Counted from the stretch's first letter, positions 48,310 through 58,085 are shown. The stretch: DNA of 64,000 nt from Chitinophaga pinensis (GCA_945874665.1 CAMCHJ010000009.1:18112-82111); one strand, 5' to 3'. Made by a program: numbers and translations. The notes: a model not told the origin generated them from the sequence alone.

Positions 48310-48689
48310 ACAACACCAACGATTGTCCATTTTGCGGGACGCTCACCGACCGCAGCACCTTGTTAGAAACAGACATGGCTTTTGCTATTTTCGATAAATA
48401 CCCTGTAAATGCAGGCCACATCTTAATCATCCCAAAAAAGCATTGTGCTAATTATTTCGATTTAACAGCTGAGGAGCAGGCGGCATGTTGGCAACTACTC
48501 AACGAGGTTAAAAACTTGGTTGCAGCTGAATTTAACCCCGATGGCTTTAACGTAGGCATCAACATAGGCGAAAGTGCTGGTCAAACTGTACCTCATGTGC
48601 ACCTTCACCTCATTCCTCGTTATAACCACGACGTGCCTGATCCACGAGGCGGCGTGAGGGGTGTGATTCCTGCACGGCAGAAGTATTGA
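48297..48689 (+). CDS. HIT family hydrolase
   Basis: CPFC; DKYPVNAGHILIIP; AGQTVPHVHLHLIPR; DPRGGVRGVIP. Confidence 0.93.
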   Translation: MEHLNNTNDCPFCGTLTDRSTLLETDMAFAIFDKYPVNAGHILIIPKKHCANYFDLTAEEQAACWQLLNEVKNLVAAEFNPDGFNVGINIGESAGQTVPHVHLHLIPRYNHDVPDPRGGVRGVIPARQKY

Positions 48690-48749
48690 TAACCAGTTTA
48701 TTGGCAAAAAAACTTCTGATTCGCACTGATTTCAATACCACCACTTCAC

Positions 48750-51218
48750 CTAATACGGATCCACATCCAAGTACACCTTTAGGCCTTTGAGCTGGGGGTC
48801 GGTTTCGAGGCGGAACAGGCAGAGGCCTACAAACTCCTTGACTTTGGCGGGGTCGAGTTTGCCGCGCTCCATTTTAAGGAGCATTTCGCGGTGGTACTCG
48901 TCGCGGAGACGGCTGATGGCGGGTATGCTGGGCCCTTTGAGGCGGTCGCCGAGGCGGCTGTGCAACATTTCAGCGAGATTACGGGCCGCCAGCTCTACCA
49001 CGGGCAAGTCGCGATGCCGCAAATTGATGTGGATGAGGCGCACAAAGGGCGGGTAATCGTGCATAGAGCGCTCGATGAGCTCGAGCTCGGCAAATTTCTC
49101 GTAGTCATGCTCCTGCACCAGCTTAAAAATAGCGCGACCTGGTTCACGGGTTTGAATAATCACCCGGCCTTTGATGTCGCGGCGGCCGGCCCTGCCACTT
49201 ACCTGCTCGAGGAGCTGAAAAGTGCGCTCGTTGGCTCTAAAATCGGGCATGCGCAGGCTCTGGTCGGCATTGAGCACACCTACGAGGGTCACTTTGTCGA
49301 AGTCGAGCCCCTTGGTCACCATCTGCGTGCCAATTAAAATATCAATTTTGCCTTGCTCAAAGTCGCGGATGATGTTGGCAAAGGCGTTTTTCTTGCGGGT
49401 GGCGTCTAAATCGAGGCGCGCAATGGCGGCTTCGGGGAACAAGACGGCTATCTCCTCCTCAATTTTTTCAGTACCAAAGCCACGGGTCACCAGCTTGGTG
49501 CTGCCACAAGCCTTGCAAGCCGGTACGGGCCTTTCGCGGTAGCCGCAATAGTGACAACGCATTTCGTGCTGCAGTTTGTGGTAGGTGAGGGTGATGTCGC
49601 AGCTCACGCAGCCCGGCGACCAGCCACAATCGCCACACTCGGTATACGGCACATAGCCCCGGCGGTTTTGAAAGAGGATGACCTGCTCTTTTTTGGCCAA
49701 AGTAGCTACAATGGCATCGTAAAGAGTGCCGGTGAGGTCGGCTTTCATGAGCTTTTTCCGGGTTTCGGTGCGAATGTCGGCCAGCTGGATGTCGGGTAAT
49801 TGCACGCCCCCAAAGCGCTCATACAAGGGTACCAAGCCATATTTGCCTTGATGCGCCAGCTGCCAGCTTTCTACCGAGGGCGTGGCCGAGCCGAGCACCA
49901 CGGCGGCCGCATGTTCGCGCGCCAGCCAAAGGGCCGCATCGCGGGCATGGTAGCGGGGTGCAGGGTCGGTTTGTTTGTAGGAGGCATCGTGCTCCTCATC
50001 TACCACCACCAAACCCAAATCGCTGAAGGGTAAAAAGATGGCCGAACGGGCGCCGAGCACTACTTGGATGCGCTTATCGACCAGTTGCTGCCAGAGTTCA
50101 GCGCGCTCGTCGTCGGTAAAGCGACTGTGGTACACGCCTACTGCGGCTCCTAAATACCGCCGTAAACGCTCAATGAGCTGGGCAGTGAGCGTAATTTCGG
50201 GCACCATGTACAGCACTTGTCGGCCCGAAGCCACCGCCTCCTTGATGAGCTCGATGTACACCAGGGTTTTGCCGCTGCCAGTAATGCCGTGCAGTAAAAC
50301 CGGCTTTTGGACGGCGAGCAGCTGCTGGCAGGCAGTGAGTGCTTTGGTTTGGGCATCGGAAAGACCGTAGGCTTCGTCGCGACCACGGCTTGGCGGCAGG
50401 CGATCGACCCGCAACTTGGCATGCTCCAGCACCCCTTTGTCGACCAAAGCCGTAAGCGCCGGGGCACTCATGCCTTCGCGGGCCAGCAACTGACTGCGCT
50501 CTATCCAGCCATATTTTTGGGCTAAAAAGAGATAGTTCATCAGCAAATCGAGCTGCTTCACGGCGCGACGTTCGAGCTGGTCGAGGAGCGGTTGCAGGGC
50601 CTCATCCGACTGATAATCGGCTGCCAAACGGTAAAACGACTCCCGTTTTTCGCGGTAGCCGCCCACCAGCGATTCGCGGGTAACGAGCCATTGCATCTGC
50701 ATCATATCGCGCAACAGCGGCAGCACGTTTTTTCGTCCCAGCAGCTGCTGCAAATCGCTAAACTTCAATTCTTTTTTATGGACAAGCAACTGCAACACCA
50801 GTCCCGCATCCGATTGCGGATCCAAGCCATCGGGCAACTCCCCCTCTTCGAGGTCGGGATGCGCCAAAACGATTGTCTCGCTACCCATCCTAAACACCGC
50901 CGGCAAAGCCGCCTGCATCACATCTCCCTGAAAACACAAATAATAACTGGCAAGCCACTTCCAAAAATCCTGCAAAACAGGCAAAAGAAAGGCCTCCTCA
51001 TCCAACACATCCACAATAAACTTGGGCTGATGCGCGGCTGGCAGGCGGTCGTGCAACTCCCACACCAAGCCAGTGTACAAACGGGTTTTGCCAAACTGCA
51101 CCACTACCCTTTGCCCCGGCTGCAAACGCCCTCCCAACTCCGCCGGCACCGCATAGGTGTAGGTAGTGGGGATGTGCAAGGGCAACAAAATTTCGGCGAA
51201 AGGCAAGGTGGTACTCAC
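48750..51218 (-). CDS. priA: Primosomal protein N' (replication restart helicase)
   Basis: HGITGSGKT; DEEHD; LGSATPS; four CxxC motifs; QVSGRAGR. GTG start. Confidence 0.97.
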   Translation of the reverse strand: MSTTLPFAEILLPLHIPTTYTYAVPAELGGRLQPGQRVVVQFGKTRLYTGLVWELHDRLPAAHQPKFIVDVLDEEAFLLPVLQDFWKWLASYYLCFQGDVMQAALPAVFRMGSETIVLAHPDLEEGELPDGLDPQSDAGLVLQLLVHKKELKFSDLQQLLGRKNVLPLLRDMMQMQWLVTRESLVGGYREKRESFYRLAADYQSDEALQPLLDQLERRAVKQLDLLMNYLFLAQKYGWIERSQLLAREGMSAPALTALVDKGVLEHAKLRVDRLPPSRGRDEAYGLSDAQTKALTACQQLLAVQKPVLLHGITGSGKTLVYIELIKEAVASGRQVLYMVPEITLTAQLIERLRRYLGAAVGVYHSRFTDDERAELWQQLVDKRIQVVLGARSAIFLPFSDLGLVVVDEEHDASYKQTDPAPRYHARDAALWLAREHAAAVVLGSATPSVESWQLAHQGKYGLVPLYERFGGVQLPDIQLADIRTETRKKLMKADLTGTLYDAIVATLAKKEQVILFQNRRGYVPYTECGDCGWSPGCVSCDITLTYHKLQHEMRCHYCGYRERPVPACKACGSTKLVTRGFGTEKIEEEIAVLFPEAAIARLDLDATRKKNAFANIIRDFEQGKIDILIGTQMVTKGLDFDKVTLVGVLNADQSLRMPDFRANERTFQLLEQVSGRAGRRDIKGRVIIQTREPGRAIFKLVQEHDYEKFAELELIERSMHDYPPFVRLIHINLRHRDLPVVELAARNLAEMLHSRLGDRLKGPSIPAISRLRDEYHREMLLKMERGKLDPAKVKEFVGLCLFRLETDPQLKGLKVYLDVDPY

Positions 51219-51359
51219 TGTGTAAAACTGCTAAACAAATTGCAAAAAGCCGGCATTTGTAACGGGATGTGGAAAATTTCATCAGGACTAGACCTATTTC
51301 GTTTTAAAAGCCAGCCCGATGTTCTCACCTCATCAATTTTTGCGCGTTGCTTGTCATCT

Positions 51360-51437
51360 TAAACTTTGAACCTCCACCTTGCTGATTTCGCTCCGCTCAA
51401 CCTAAACTTTGAACTTTGAATTTTAAACTTTGAACTC
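51360..51437. repeat. Heptamer array (T[AG]AA[CT]TT) with embedded TTCGCTCCGCTCAA
   Basis: taaactt tgaacct at 51360-51373; taaactt tgaactt tgaattt taaactt tgaactc at 51403-51437. Confidence 0.75.
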
Positions 51438-51458
51438 TTTTTGGTCGTATTTTGCAGC

Positions 51459-51788
51459 ATGAAATACCAAAAACACCTCTTCATCTGCAACAACGAACGT
51501 CCCGATCCCGCCAAAAAAAGCTGCGGCAAAGAACACGGCAGTGCCCTCGTAGCGGCTTTTAAAGAAGGTATCAAGGCCCGTGGCTTGCAAATCGATATCC
51601 GTGCGCAGCAAACAGGTTGTTTAGACGCCTGTGTACATGGCCCTGCCCTCGTAGTATATCCCGAAGCTGTGTGGTACGGGGCGTTGGGCTTGGAAGATGT
51701 GGAAGAAATCATCGAAAGTCACCTCGTGAATAACCAACCCGTGGAACGCCTGCGCCTCCATTTCAAAGGTCCTTTGCTGCAAAAATGA
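51459..51788 (+). CDS. Thioredoxin-like [2Fe-2S] ferredoxin
   Basis: HLFICNNER; SCG; [21 protein letters not shown]. Confidence 0.92.
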   Translation: MKYQKHLFICNNERPDPAKKSCGKEHGSALVAAFKEGIKARGLQIDIRAQQTGCLDACVHGPALVVYPEAVWYGALGLEDVEEIIESHLVNNQPVERLRLHFKGPLLQK

Positions 51789-52714
51789 ACCAAGCCCGGA
51801 TCCATACCGCCTTCCTCAAACAACAAGCTGCCCGTTTGGGCTTCCAGTTTTGTGGGGTAAGCGAGGCGGCTTTTTTGGAGCAGGAGGCACCCAGACTCGA
51901 AAACTGGCTGAAAAATGGTCAGCATGGGCAGATGGCCTATATGGAAAACCATTTCGATAAGCGGCTTGACCCCCGATTGCTGGTGCCAGGTGCCAAATCG
52001 GTGGTGAGTTTGGGCTACAATTACCACCATCCAGCCAAACAAATCGCCGGCGCACCTAAAGTTTCGCAGTATGCGTATGGTGAAGACTACCACTTTGTGG
52101 TCCGCGACAAGCTCCGGGAGCTGCTCAGTGTACTTCGCGACGAGATTGGCGACATAGACGGCCGCGTATTTGTAGACTCCGCCCCCGTGCTTGAAAAAGC
52201 CTGGGCCGCCCAAAGTGGCACCGGCTGGGTGGGTAAGCACAGCAACCTCCTCACCCGCGAGCAGGGCAGCTACTTTTTTTTAGCAGAGCTCATCATCGAC
52301 CTAGAGCTGGAGCCTGATGGTCCCATCAAAGACTACTGTGGCACATGTACCCGCTGCATCGACGCTTGTCCTACCGACGCCATCACCCCCTACCAAGTCG
52401 ACGGTAGCCGCTGCATCAGCTACTTCACCATCGAGCTCAAAGACGCCATTCCCGCCGACATGCGCGGAAAATTCGATAATTGGATGTTTGGCTGCGACAT
52501 ATGCCAAGAGGTATGCCCCTGGAACCGCTTCAGCAAGCCCCACCAAGAACCGCGGTTTGACCCGCACCCCGACCTCCTACAGCTTGAGGCTGGCGATTGG
52601 CGGGAGCTTACGCAAGAAGTTTTTGGCACACTTTTCCGCAAAAGCGCCGTCAAACGCACAGGGTTTGAAGGCTTGCATCGCAACATTGCCTTTTTGGATG
52701 GCGCAACTGAATAA
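51785..52714 (+). CDS. queG: tRNA epoxyqueuosine(34) reductase
   Basis: [12 protein letters not shown]; [13 protein letters not shown]; [12 protein letters not shown]. Confidence 0.97.
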   Translation: MNQARIHTAFLKQQAARLGFQFCGVSEAAFLEQEAPRLENWLKNGQHGQMAYMENHFDKRLDPRLLVPGAKSVVSLGYNYHHPAKQIAGAPKVSQYAYGEDYHFVVRDKLRELLSVLRDEIGDIDGRVFVDSAPVLEKAWAAQSGTGWVGKHSNLLTREQGSYFFLAELIIDLELEPDGPIKDYCGTCTRCIDACPTDAITPYQVDGSRCISYFTIELKDAIPADMRGKFDNWMFGCDICQEVCPWNRFSKPHQEPRFDPHPDLLQLEAGDWRELTQEVFGTLFRKSAVKRTGFEGLHRNIAFLDGATE

Positions 52715-52785
52715 TTTTTCAGAAATTTAAAAGCGGGATGCAACCCCGTGTCCTTCGCTTTCGTCTTCCCTTCAAATTCCGACTT

Positions 52786-53481
52786 ATGAAAAAACCCATA
52801 CTTCCCCTCATCCTTGTGCTTTGTAGCCTGCTGCTGTGCTTAGCAACCATTGCCATTGCGCAAACCAGCTTACCACTCCAAGGCGTTAACGGCGTTGTTG
52901 TGAAGGGTAACATGACCGTGAACATTGAAAAAGGTGCAGGCGAACTGCAGCTTTTTGGGGATGCCGAAAGCCTCAAAACAATCGATATCAGCATTGAAGA
53001 TGGTGTTTTGCAGCTCAGCGGTACCAAAGGCAAATTTGGCATGAGTACCAGCAGCATCGAAAAAGTGGTCATCAAGCTCCCTTCGCTCGAAAGTTTAAAG
53101 CTCTCGAGCGCAGCGGAAGTTACCGCCACAGGATTCGACAATGAAAGCTTGTTCGTGAATGTTTCCGGAGCTGGTAGCTGCGTACTAAACCTCAATGTTC
53201 CAGTGGTGAAGCTCGATGTGAGTGGTGCCGCAGGCATTGAAATGGAAGGCAGCGCCGAAACGGTGGTCATTACCCTCAGCGGTGCCGCTGCTTTTGAAGC
53301 CGAAAACTACCTCGTTAAAAACATGACCCTCATTTTATCAGGGGCCGCCGCCGCCGAAGTCAACGTAAGCGAAATGCTCGACGTAACCATCAGCGGGGTC
53401 GGAACAGTGGAGTACAAAGGCGACCCTAAAGTCTTGCGCAAACGCATCAGCGGCGCAGGGGTGGTGGAACAAATCGACTGA
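52786..53481 (+). CDS. Head GIN domain (DUF2807, putative autotransporter-adhesin-like) protein
   Basis: Repeated SGA(A/G)...G motifs ending SGVGTVEYKGDP...SGAG. Start taken at MKKPIL. Confidence 0.85.
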   Translation: MKKPILPLILVLCSLLLCLATIAIAQTSLPLQGVNGVVVKGNMTVNIEKGAGELQLFGDAESLKTIDISIEDGVLQLSGTKGKFGMSTSSIEKVVIKLPSLESLKLSSAAEVTATGFDNESLFVNVSGAGSCVLNLNVPVVKLDVSGAAGIEMEGSAETVVITLSGAAAFEAENYLVKNMTLILSGAAAAEVNVSEMLDVTISGVGTVEYKGDPKVLRKRISGAGVVEQID

Positions 53482-53615
53482 GTAATCAGGATTTTCAACC
53501 CATTCTTCATGTATGAAGCCTGTGCCGGGAGGTACGGGCTTTGCAGCGTAAATAAATTAGCTAGCAGGATGAGCTCTCCATCCACAACAACCAGCGCTTT
53601 TTACGTTCTTTGAAG

Positions 53616-54935
53616 ATGCGCTTTAGTTGGACCCTGCTTTTGTTGTTGTGCTTTACCAGCATTTCGGCCCAGTTGCCTGGAGAGGCAGCAGAGCGGTCGA
53701 AGCAACTGCTGCAATGGCTGCAAGAAGCTAAATGGACTGCCGCAAGTGGTCTTTTAAGTCCCGAATTGCAGCAAAAAGTAGATTCGGCCCAGCTTGAAGT
53801 CATTTGGCAAGGCCTGCAACTGGCACAAGGGGAACTGCAAAAGGTAGGTGAACTGGTATACCGCGAGCGCAATCAGCAGCAGTTTTACTACCGCCAGCTC
53901 GATTTTATCAAAAGTTCGGTGCGGCTCGAGCTTCAATTTAATGCCCGCTGGGAAATCACCGCCTTGCGCCTGCAGCCACTATCCGACGAGCAGCTTTATC
54001 TGCCTCCGCCTTACGACCATCCCCAAAAATACCAAGAATTCAGCATGCGGGTAAAGCACGACAGCATTGTGCTGCCGGCCATCCTCACCCTTCCAAAGGG
54101 CTGCAAGGCTTGCCCGGTGGTAGTGCTGGTGCACGATATCGGTCCGCAAGACAAAGACCACAGCATTGGTCCAACCAAAATGTTCCGTGATCTCGCCGTG
54201 GGATTAGCCGCCGAGGGCATCGCCAGTTTGCGCTATGATAAACGTACTTTTCGATACGGGCCCGAGCTCATGGCCGATTTGAGGGTGCTCACCATCGAAA
54301 ATGAGGTCATGGAAGATGCTTTGGCCGCCCTGCAGCTGTTGCGCACGGTATCAGAAATCGATACCCAACGCATTCATTTATTGGGATTAGGCTTTGGGGG
54401 GATGTTGGCCGGCACCATCGCCAGTCGCTCGCCATTGTCAATTCGAAGCATTGTGGCTGTAGGTAGCAGTCCCCGCCCGCTCCCTGACCAGCTGCTCGAC
54501 CAATACATCCAGCTGCTCAGCTCCGAGCTCAGTTACCCCAATATGCAGTTGGCCGTGCAGCAGCTCGAGCGCCAAACGCAACTGGCCAAAAGCATGAAGC
54601 TGGGCTCCGACATATCGGCGGACAGTTTGCCCTTGCAACTTCCCGCACCCTATTGGCAGCACCTTCAAAAATTCGATGCGGTAGCTGGCTACTGGCAAAC
54701 CAATGCTGCTTTGTGGTTTGTACGCGGTGGCGACGACTACCAATCACAGGCAATCGACCTCCAGCAGTGGGAAATGCGGCTCCTTGGCCGCGATAAAGCA
54801 ACTTTCAGCACCCTTACTCAGCTCAATCACCTGCTTATGCCCAGTTTGCTTGTGCCCCTCACCGATACCTACCAAAAGCAGAACAACGTAAGTGCAGAAG
54901 CTATGGTGTCCATTAGCCGTTGGCTGCTAAAATGA
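53616..54935 (+). CDS. DUF3887 + alpha/beta-hydrolase-fold protein with degenerate nucleophile motif
   Basis: Signal peptide; N-terminal DUF3887-like region; GIASLRYDKRT; GLGFGG replaces GHSxGG. Confidence 0.8.
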   Translation: MRFSWTLLLLLCFTSISAQLPGEAAERSKQLLQWLQEAKWTAASGLLSPELQQKVDSAQLEVIWQGLQLAQGELQKVGELVYRERNQQQFYYRQLDFIKSSVRLELQFNARWEITALRLQPLSDEQLYLPPPYDHPQKYQEFSMRVKHDSIVLPAILTLPKGCKACPVVVLVHDIGPQDKDHSIGPTKMFRDLAVGLAAEGIASLRYDKRTFRYGPELMADLRVLTIENEVMEDALAALQLLRTVSEIDTQRIHLLGLGFGGMLAGTIASRSPLSIRSIVAVGSSPRPLPDQLLDQYIQLLSSELSYPNMQLAVQQLERQTQLAKSMKLGSDISADSLPLQLPAPYWQHLQKFDAVAGYWQTNAALWFVRGGDDYQSQAIDLQQWEMRLLGRDKATFSTLTQLNHLLMPSLLVPLTDTYQKQNNVSAEAMVSISRWLLK

Positions 54936-54940
54936 GACCG

Positions 54941-55024
54941 CCCTTCGTCTGGGCTCAGGGACCGCCATTTGACGCGCCGCTTCTGCATTCTTTTTCTTTG
55001 AACTTTGAACCTTTGAATTTTGAA
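54941..55024. repeat. REP-like hairpin CCCTTCGTCTGGGCTCAGGG plus CTTTGAA heptamer array
   Basis: Hairpin at 54941-54960; ctttgaa ctttgaa c ctttgaa ttttgaa at 54996-55024. Confidence 0.7.
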
Positions 55025-55029
55025 CTAAA

Positions 55030-55067
55030 AGAAAAACCCCCGACTGTTTCCAATCGGGGGTTTTTCT
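55030..55067. terminator. Bidirectional intrinsic terminator
   Basis: Perfect 14-bp stem AGAAAAACCCCCGA / TCGGGGGTTTTTCT between convergent genes. Confidence 0.9.
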
Positions 55068-55082
55068 ATACATCTACTTTTC

Positions 55083-56153
55083 TTATGCCTCGTGGCCCAA
55101 ACGGTACAATGCCCGTATGTGCGACGCACCTGCCTCAGCTAGAGTTTGGTGCGCAAAATAAGGAATACCAAACTCACGAGCTGTATTTTCAACGATTTCC
55201 GACAATTTCGGATAATGTAAATGGCAAATATTAGGGAACAAGTGGTGCTCCACCTGGTAATTTAAACCACCTGTATACCAACGCAAGAACAAATTTTGAC
55301 GAGCAAAATCTGAAGTGGTGTTTAACTGATGGATAGCCCATGTGTTTTCCATCATGCCCTCTTCGTTTGGAAGCGGCTGATCGGTTTCTTCAACAATGTG
55401 TGCCAATTGGAAAATACCTGCTAAAATGAAACCTGCGGTCAGGTTAACAATTAGAAAACCAATGATCCATGTTCCAAAGGAGATAGGAAGCACAAAATAA
55501 GGCAACAACATCAGGGAGATGAATACCAATTTGCCAAAAAGCAAACTGATGAATTGCTTGTAAAACACCTGCTTTCCCTGCTGCGGAGCCCACTCAATCA
55601 CTTGACGGAAATCCTTCACGTGGAAACTGATGGTCATCATGGTATAAAGCATTGGCGCATAAATGTGCTGCCATTTGTGCATCATTTTGAGTGGCTCATG
55701 CTTATCGAGACGCATCAAGCCCTTGCCACCAATATCTTGATCAGCATGGTGAATGTTAGTAAAAGTATGGTGCAGGGTGTTGTGCTGAATTTTCCAGTTA
55801 TACACATTACCACCCACCAAATACATACTGGCAGCAAAAATGCGATTAACCCACTGTTTGTCGGAAAAAGCATTGTGACAAGCATCATGCATGACACTCA
55901 TGCCCACACCAGCCAAACCAATGCCCATCCAAAGTACGAAAGGCAACATGGCCCAGCCTGTAAAGGCTCCTGATAAGATTATAACTAGCGGGGTAAGGTA
56001 AAAGGATAACATGCCCACCGCTTTCCAAATCATACGGCTACCACCCGTTTTATGCAGGTTGTTTTGAGTAAAATAATCATCTACTCTTTTACGAAGTTCT
56101 GGGAAAAAGCCTTGCTCGTCGCGGCGCGAGAACCGAATTGAAGGTACAATCAT
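55083..56153 (-). CDS. Membrane fatty acid (acyl-CoA) desaturase
   Basis: His boxes HDACH, HNTLHH and QVEHH. Confidence 0.95.
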   Translation of the reverse strand: MIVPSIRFSRRDEQGFFPELRKRVDDYFTQNNLHKTGGSRMIWKAVGMLSFYLTPLVIILSGAFTGWAMLPFVLWMGIGLAGVGMSVMHDACHNAFSDKQWVNRIFAASMYLVGGNVYNWKIQHNTLHHTFTNIHHADQDIGGKGLMRLDKHEPLKMMHKWQHIYAPMLYTMMTISFHVKDFRQVIEWAPQQGKQVFYKQFISLLFGKLVFISLMLLPYFVLPISFGTWIIGFLIVNLTAGFILAGIFQLAHIVEETDQPLPNEEGMMENTWAIHQLNTTSDFARQNLFLRWYTGGLNYQVEHHLFPNICHLHYPKLSEIVENTAREFGIPYFAHQTLAEAGASHIRALYRLGHEA

Positions 56154-56199
56154 AAATTATTTTAAAACTCAGCATGAGCTATTTCTCACACCTTAGTCA

Positions 56200-56207
56200 C
56201 AAAAGTA
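56200..56207 (-). promoter_or_regulatory. -7 promoter element for desaturase
   Basis: TACTTTTG on the minus strand. Confidence 0.55.
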
Positions 56208-56383
56208 CGTACAAATCGCATGAAACCAGCAAGCTGTTGAAAAAACTTGACCTGCTGGTGTAAAATGCAAGTTAGCCTAATACGTAAACGCCATTACGCT
56301 TAGCACTTCACTTACAATCAGTACTTTGACATTTTTTTGATGCACCTGTCCTGGCAACACCTAAAAATAGCTTTGTCTACTGT

Positions 56384-57343
56384 TTAAAAAATAGCCACGG
56401 TAATTTTGCCCTGCACATCTACCGACGCCCTGAACATACTGCCTGAATTAAAAGGCATGCTGATGTTGCCTTGGGCATCGAGGGCAATGAGCCCTCCGCT
56501 CCCTCCTATGGGTTGCAGCTGGGTAAAAATCACCTCCTCAGTAGCAGCTTTCAGCGACAAGCCCTTGTACTTCATAAGCGCTGCCACTTCATAGGCCGCC
56601 ACAGTACGGATGAAAAACTCTCCATGCCCCGTACAGCTTATTGCTGCACTGGCATTGTGGGCATAGGTGCCAGCACCAATGATGGGCACGTCGCCCACGC
56701 GACCAAATTTCTTATTACGCATACCACCTGTGGAAGTGCCTGCGGCTAAATTGCCCTGCGCATCCAGTGCTACGGCCCCCACGGTACCGAATTTACTGTC
56801 ATGCAGCTCTTCCAGCAACTGTCCGCTTTTTTTACCAACTTCACTTTTGTCTAAAAAATAAGCCCGATCCACCAGCGAAGCACCCATTTGTTTGGCAAAA
56901 ACCTCTGCTCCCATCCCAATTAATAAAACATGGGAAGAACTGTCTTTCACCAAACGTGCCAACGAAATAGGATTTTTAACCGTACTCACACCAGCCACCG
57001 CACCTGCAGCGCGCGTTCGGCCATCCATAATACTGGCATCGAGCTCGCAAAAACCTTCCGCATTCACCACCGCACCGCGACCTGCATTAAAAAGTGGTGA
57101 ATCTTCGAGAATCAAAATCGCTGCCTCCACCGCCGCCAAACTCGAGCCGCCTGCTTTTAATACCGAATAACCACGCATCACCGCTTCGGTGAGCTTGGCT
57201 TGGTAACGCGCTCGCAGTTCGGGCGTTAGCTTGGTGCTGTCTATAAAACCCGCCCCGCCGTGAATGGCCATGGCGATGGGTGCCGACTGGGCAACACAGA
57301 AAAAGGGACTCGCAAAAAGCAAGAAAATAAGGAGGATACGCAT
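56384..57343 (-). CDS. iaaA: Isoaspartyl peptidase / L-asparaginase (Ntn hydrolase)
   Basis: IHGGAG; FNAGRG; GTVGAVA (Thr nucleophile); GTSTGG; GRVGD; signal peptide. Confidence 0.95.
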   Translation of the reverse strand: MRILLIFLLFASPFFCVAQSAPIAMAIHGGAGFIDSTKLTPELRARYQAKLTEAVMRGYSVLKAGGSSLAAVEAAILILEDSPLFNAGRGAVVNAEGFCELDASIMDGRTRAAGAVAGVSTVKNPISLARLVKDSSSHVLLIGMGAEVFAKQMGASLVDRAYFLDKSEVGKKSGQLLEELHDSKFGTVGAVALDAQGNLAAGTSTGGMRNKKFGRVGDVPIIGAGTYAHNASAAISCTGHGEFFIRTVAAYEVAALMKYKGLSLKAATEEVIFTQLQPIGGSGGLIALDAQGNISMPFNSGSMFRASVDVQGKITVAIF

Positions 57344-57392
57344 AGTTACCGTTTGAGTCCCTTAAATTAGCCTTTTCTAAGCATAAAACCTC

Positions 57393-58085
57393 ATGCGCGC
57401 AGCCATTCCAAACGCCATTACCTTGGGCAACCTGTTATGAGGTTGTGTAGGACTCAGTTTTGCAGCTTGGGGCGACTTTCACGGTGCGGCCCTTTGCATT
57501 TTTGGTGCCGCGGTACTCGATTTTTTAGATGGTTTTGCAGCCCGTTTGCTCAAGGCGCAGTCGGCCATTGGCAAAGACCTCGACTCGCTCGCCGATGTAG
57601 TGAGCTTTGGGGTGCTACCGGCTTTTATCCTCTTTCAAATGGCGGCATCCTTGCCAGGCGTGGCTTTTTCCGAATATTTTGTGTTCATCATTGCCCTGGC
57701 CTCGGCTTTGCGCTTGGCCCGATTTAACCACGATACCCGCCAAAGCGAAGGCTTTATAGGCTTACCCACCCCTGCCAACGCAATCCTCCTCGCTGCCCTC
57801 GTACTCTGGCTTACCACCGGTGGCGCAAGCTGGATGCCGCTGCTCAGCAAATGGCACCTTTTTATTGCTGCGGCGCTGCTATCCTACTTATTGCTGTCGC
57901 CCATCCCGATGATGGCCTTCAAATTCAAAAGCTTTGGCTGGCTAGAAAACCAGGAACGGTATCTTTTTTTGATTTTTTCTCTCTTTCTGTTGATTTGGCA
58001 TGTGTACCTCGGATTGGCTTTTGTAATTTTGGCCTATATTAGTTGGTCGGTACTCCGACTGCTACTTCCAAAACGCAACACATGA
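57393..58085 (+). CDS. pssA: CDP-alcohol phosphatidyltransferase (phosphatidylserine synthase) with in-frame TGA at codon 16
   Basis: MRAAIPNAITLGNLL*GCVGL...DFLDGFAAR...GKDLDSLADVVSFG; RLARFN; GLPTPA. Confidence 0.85.

Noticed and set aside
45900-48749. Rpn islet as a bona fide transposon
   Set aside because: No terminal inverted repeats, target-site duplication, or DDE/HUH/integrase gene was found. The Rpn transposase label is historical.
50592-51362. 256-aa plus-strand ORF and other long antisense ORFs within priA, czcA, mutB and the T9SS genes
   Set aside because: Shadow frames of GC-rich coding genes with no recognisable motifs.
57438-57470. Selenocysteine recoding or alternative genetic code for the pssA TGA
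   Set aside because: Only a weak G-U-rich hairpin follows, not a convincing SECIS. The residue lies in a TM helix rather than a redox site, and TGA terminates many other genes in the window. Not fully excluded.
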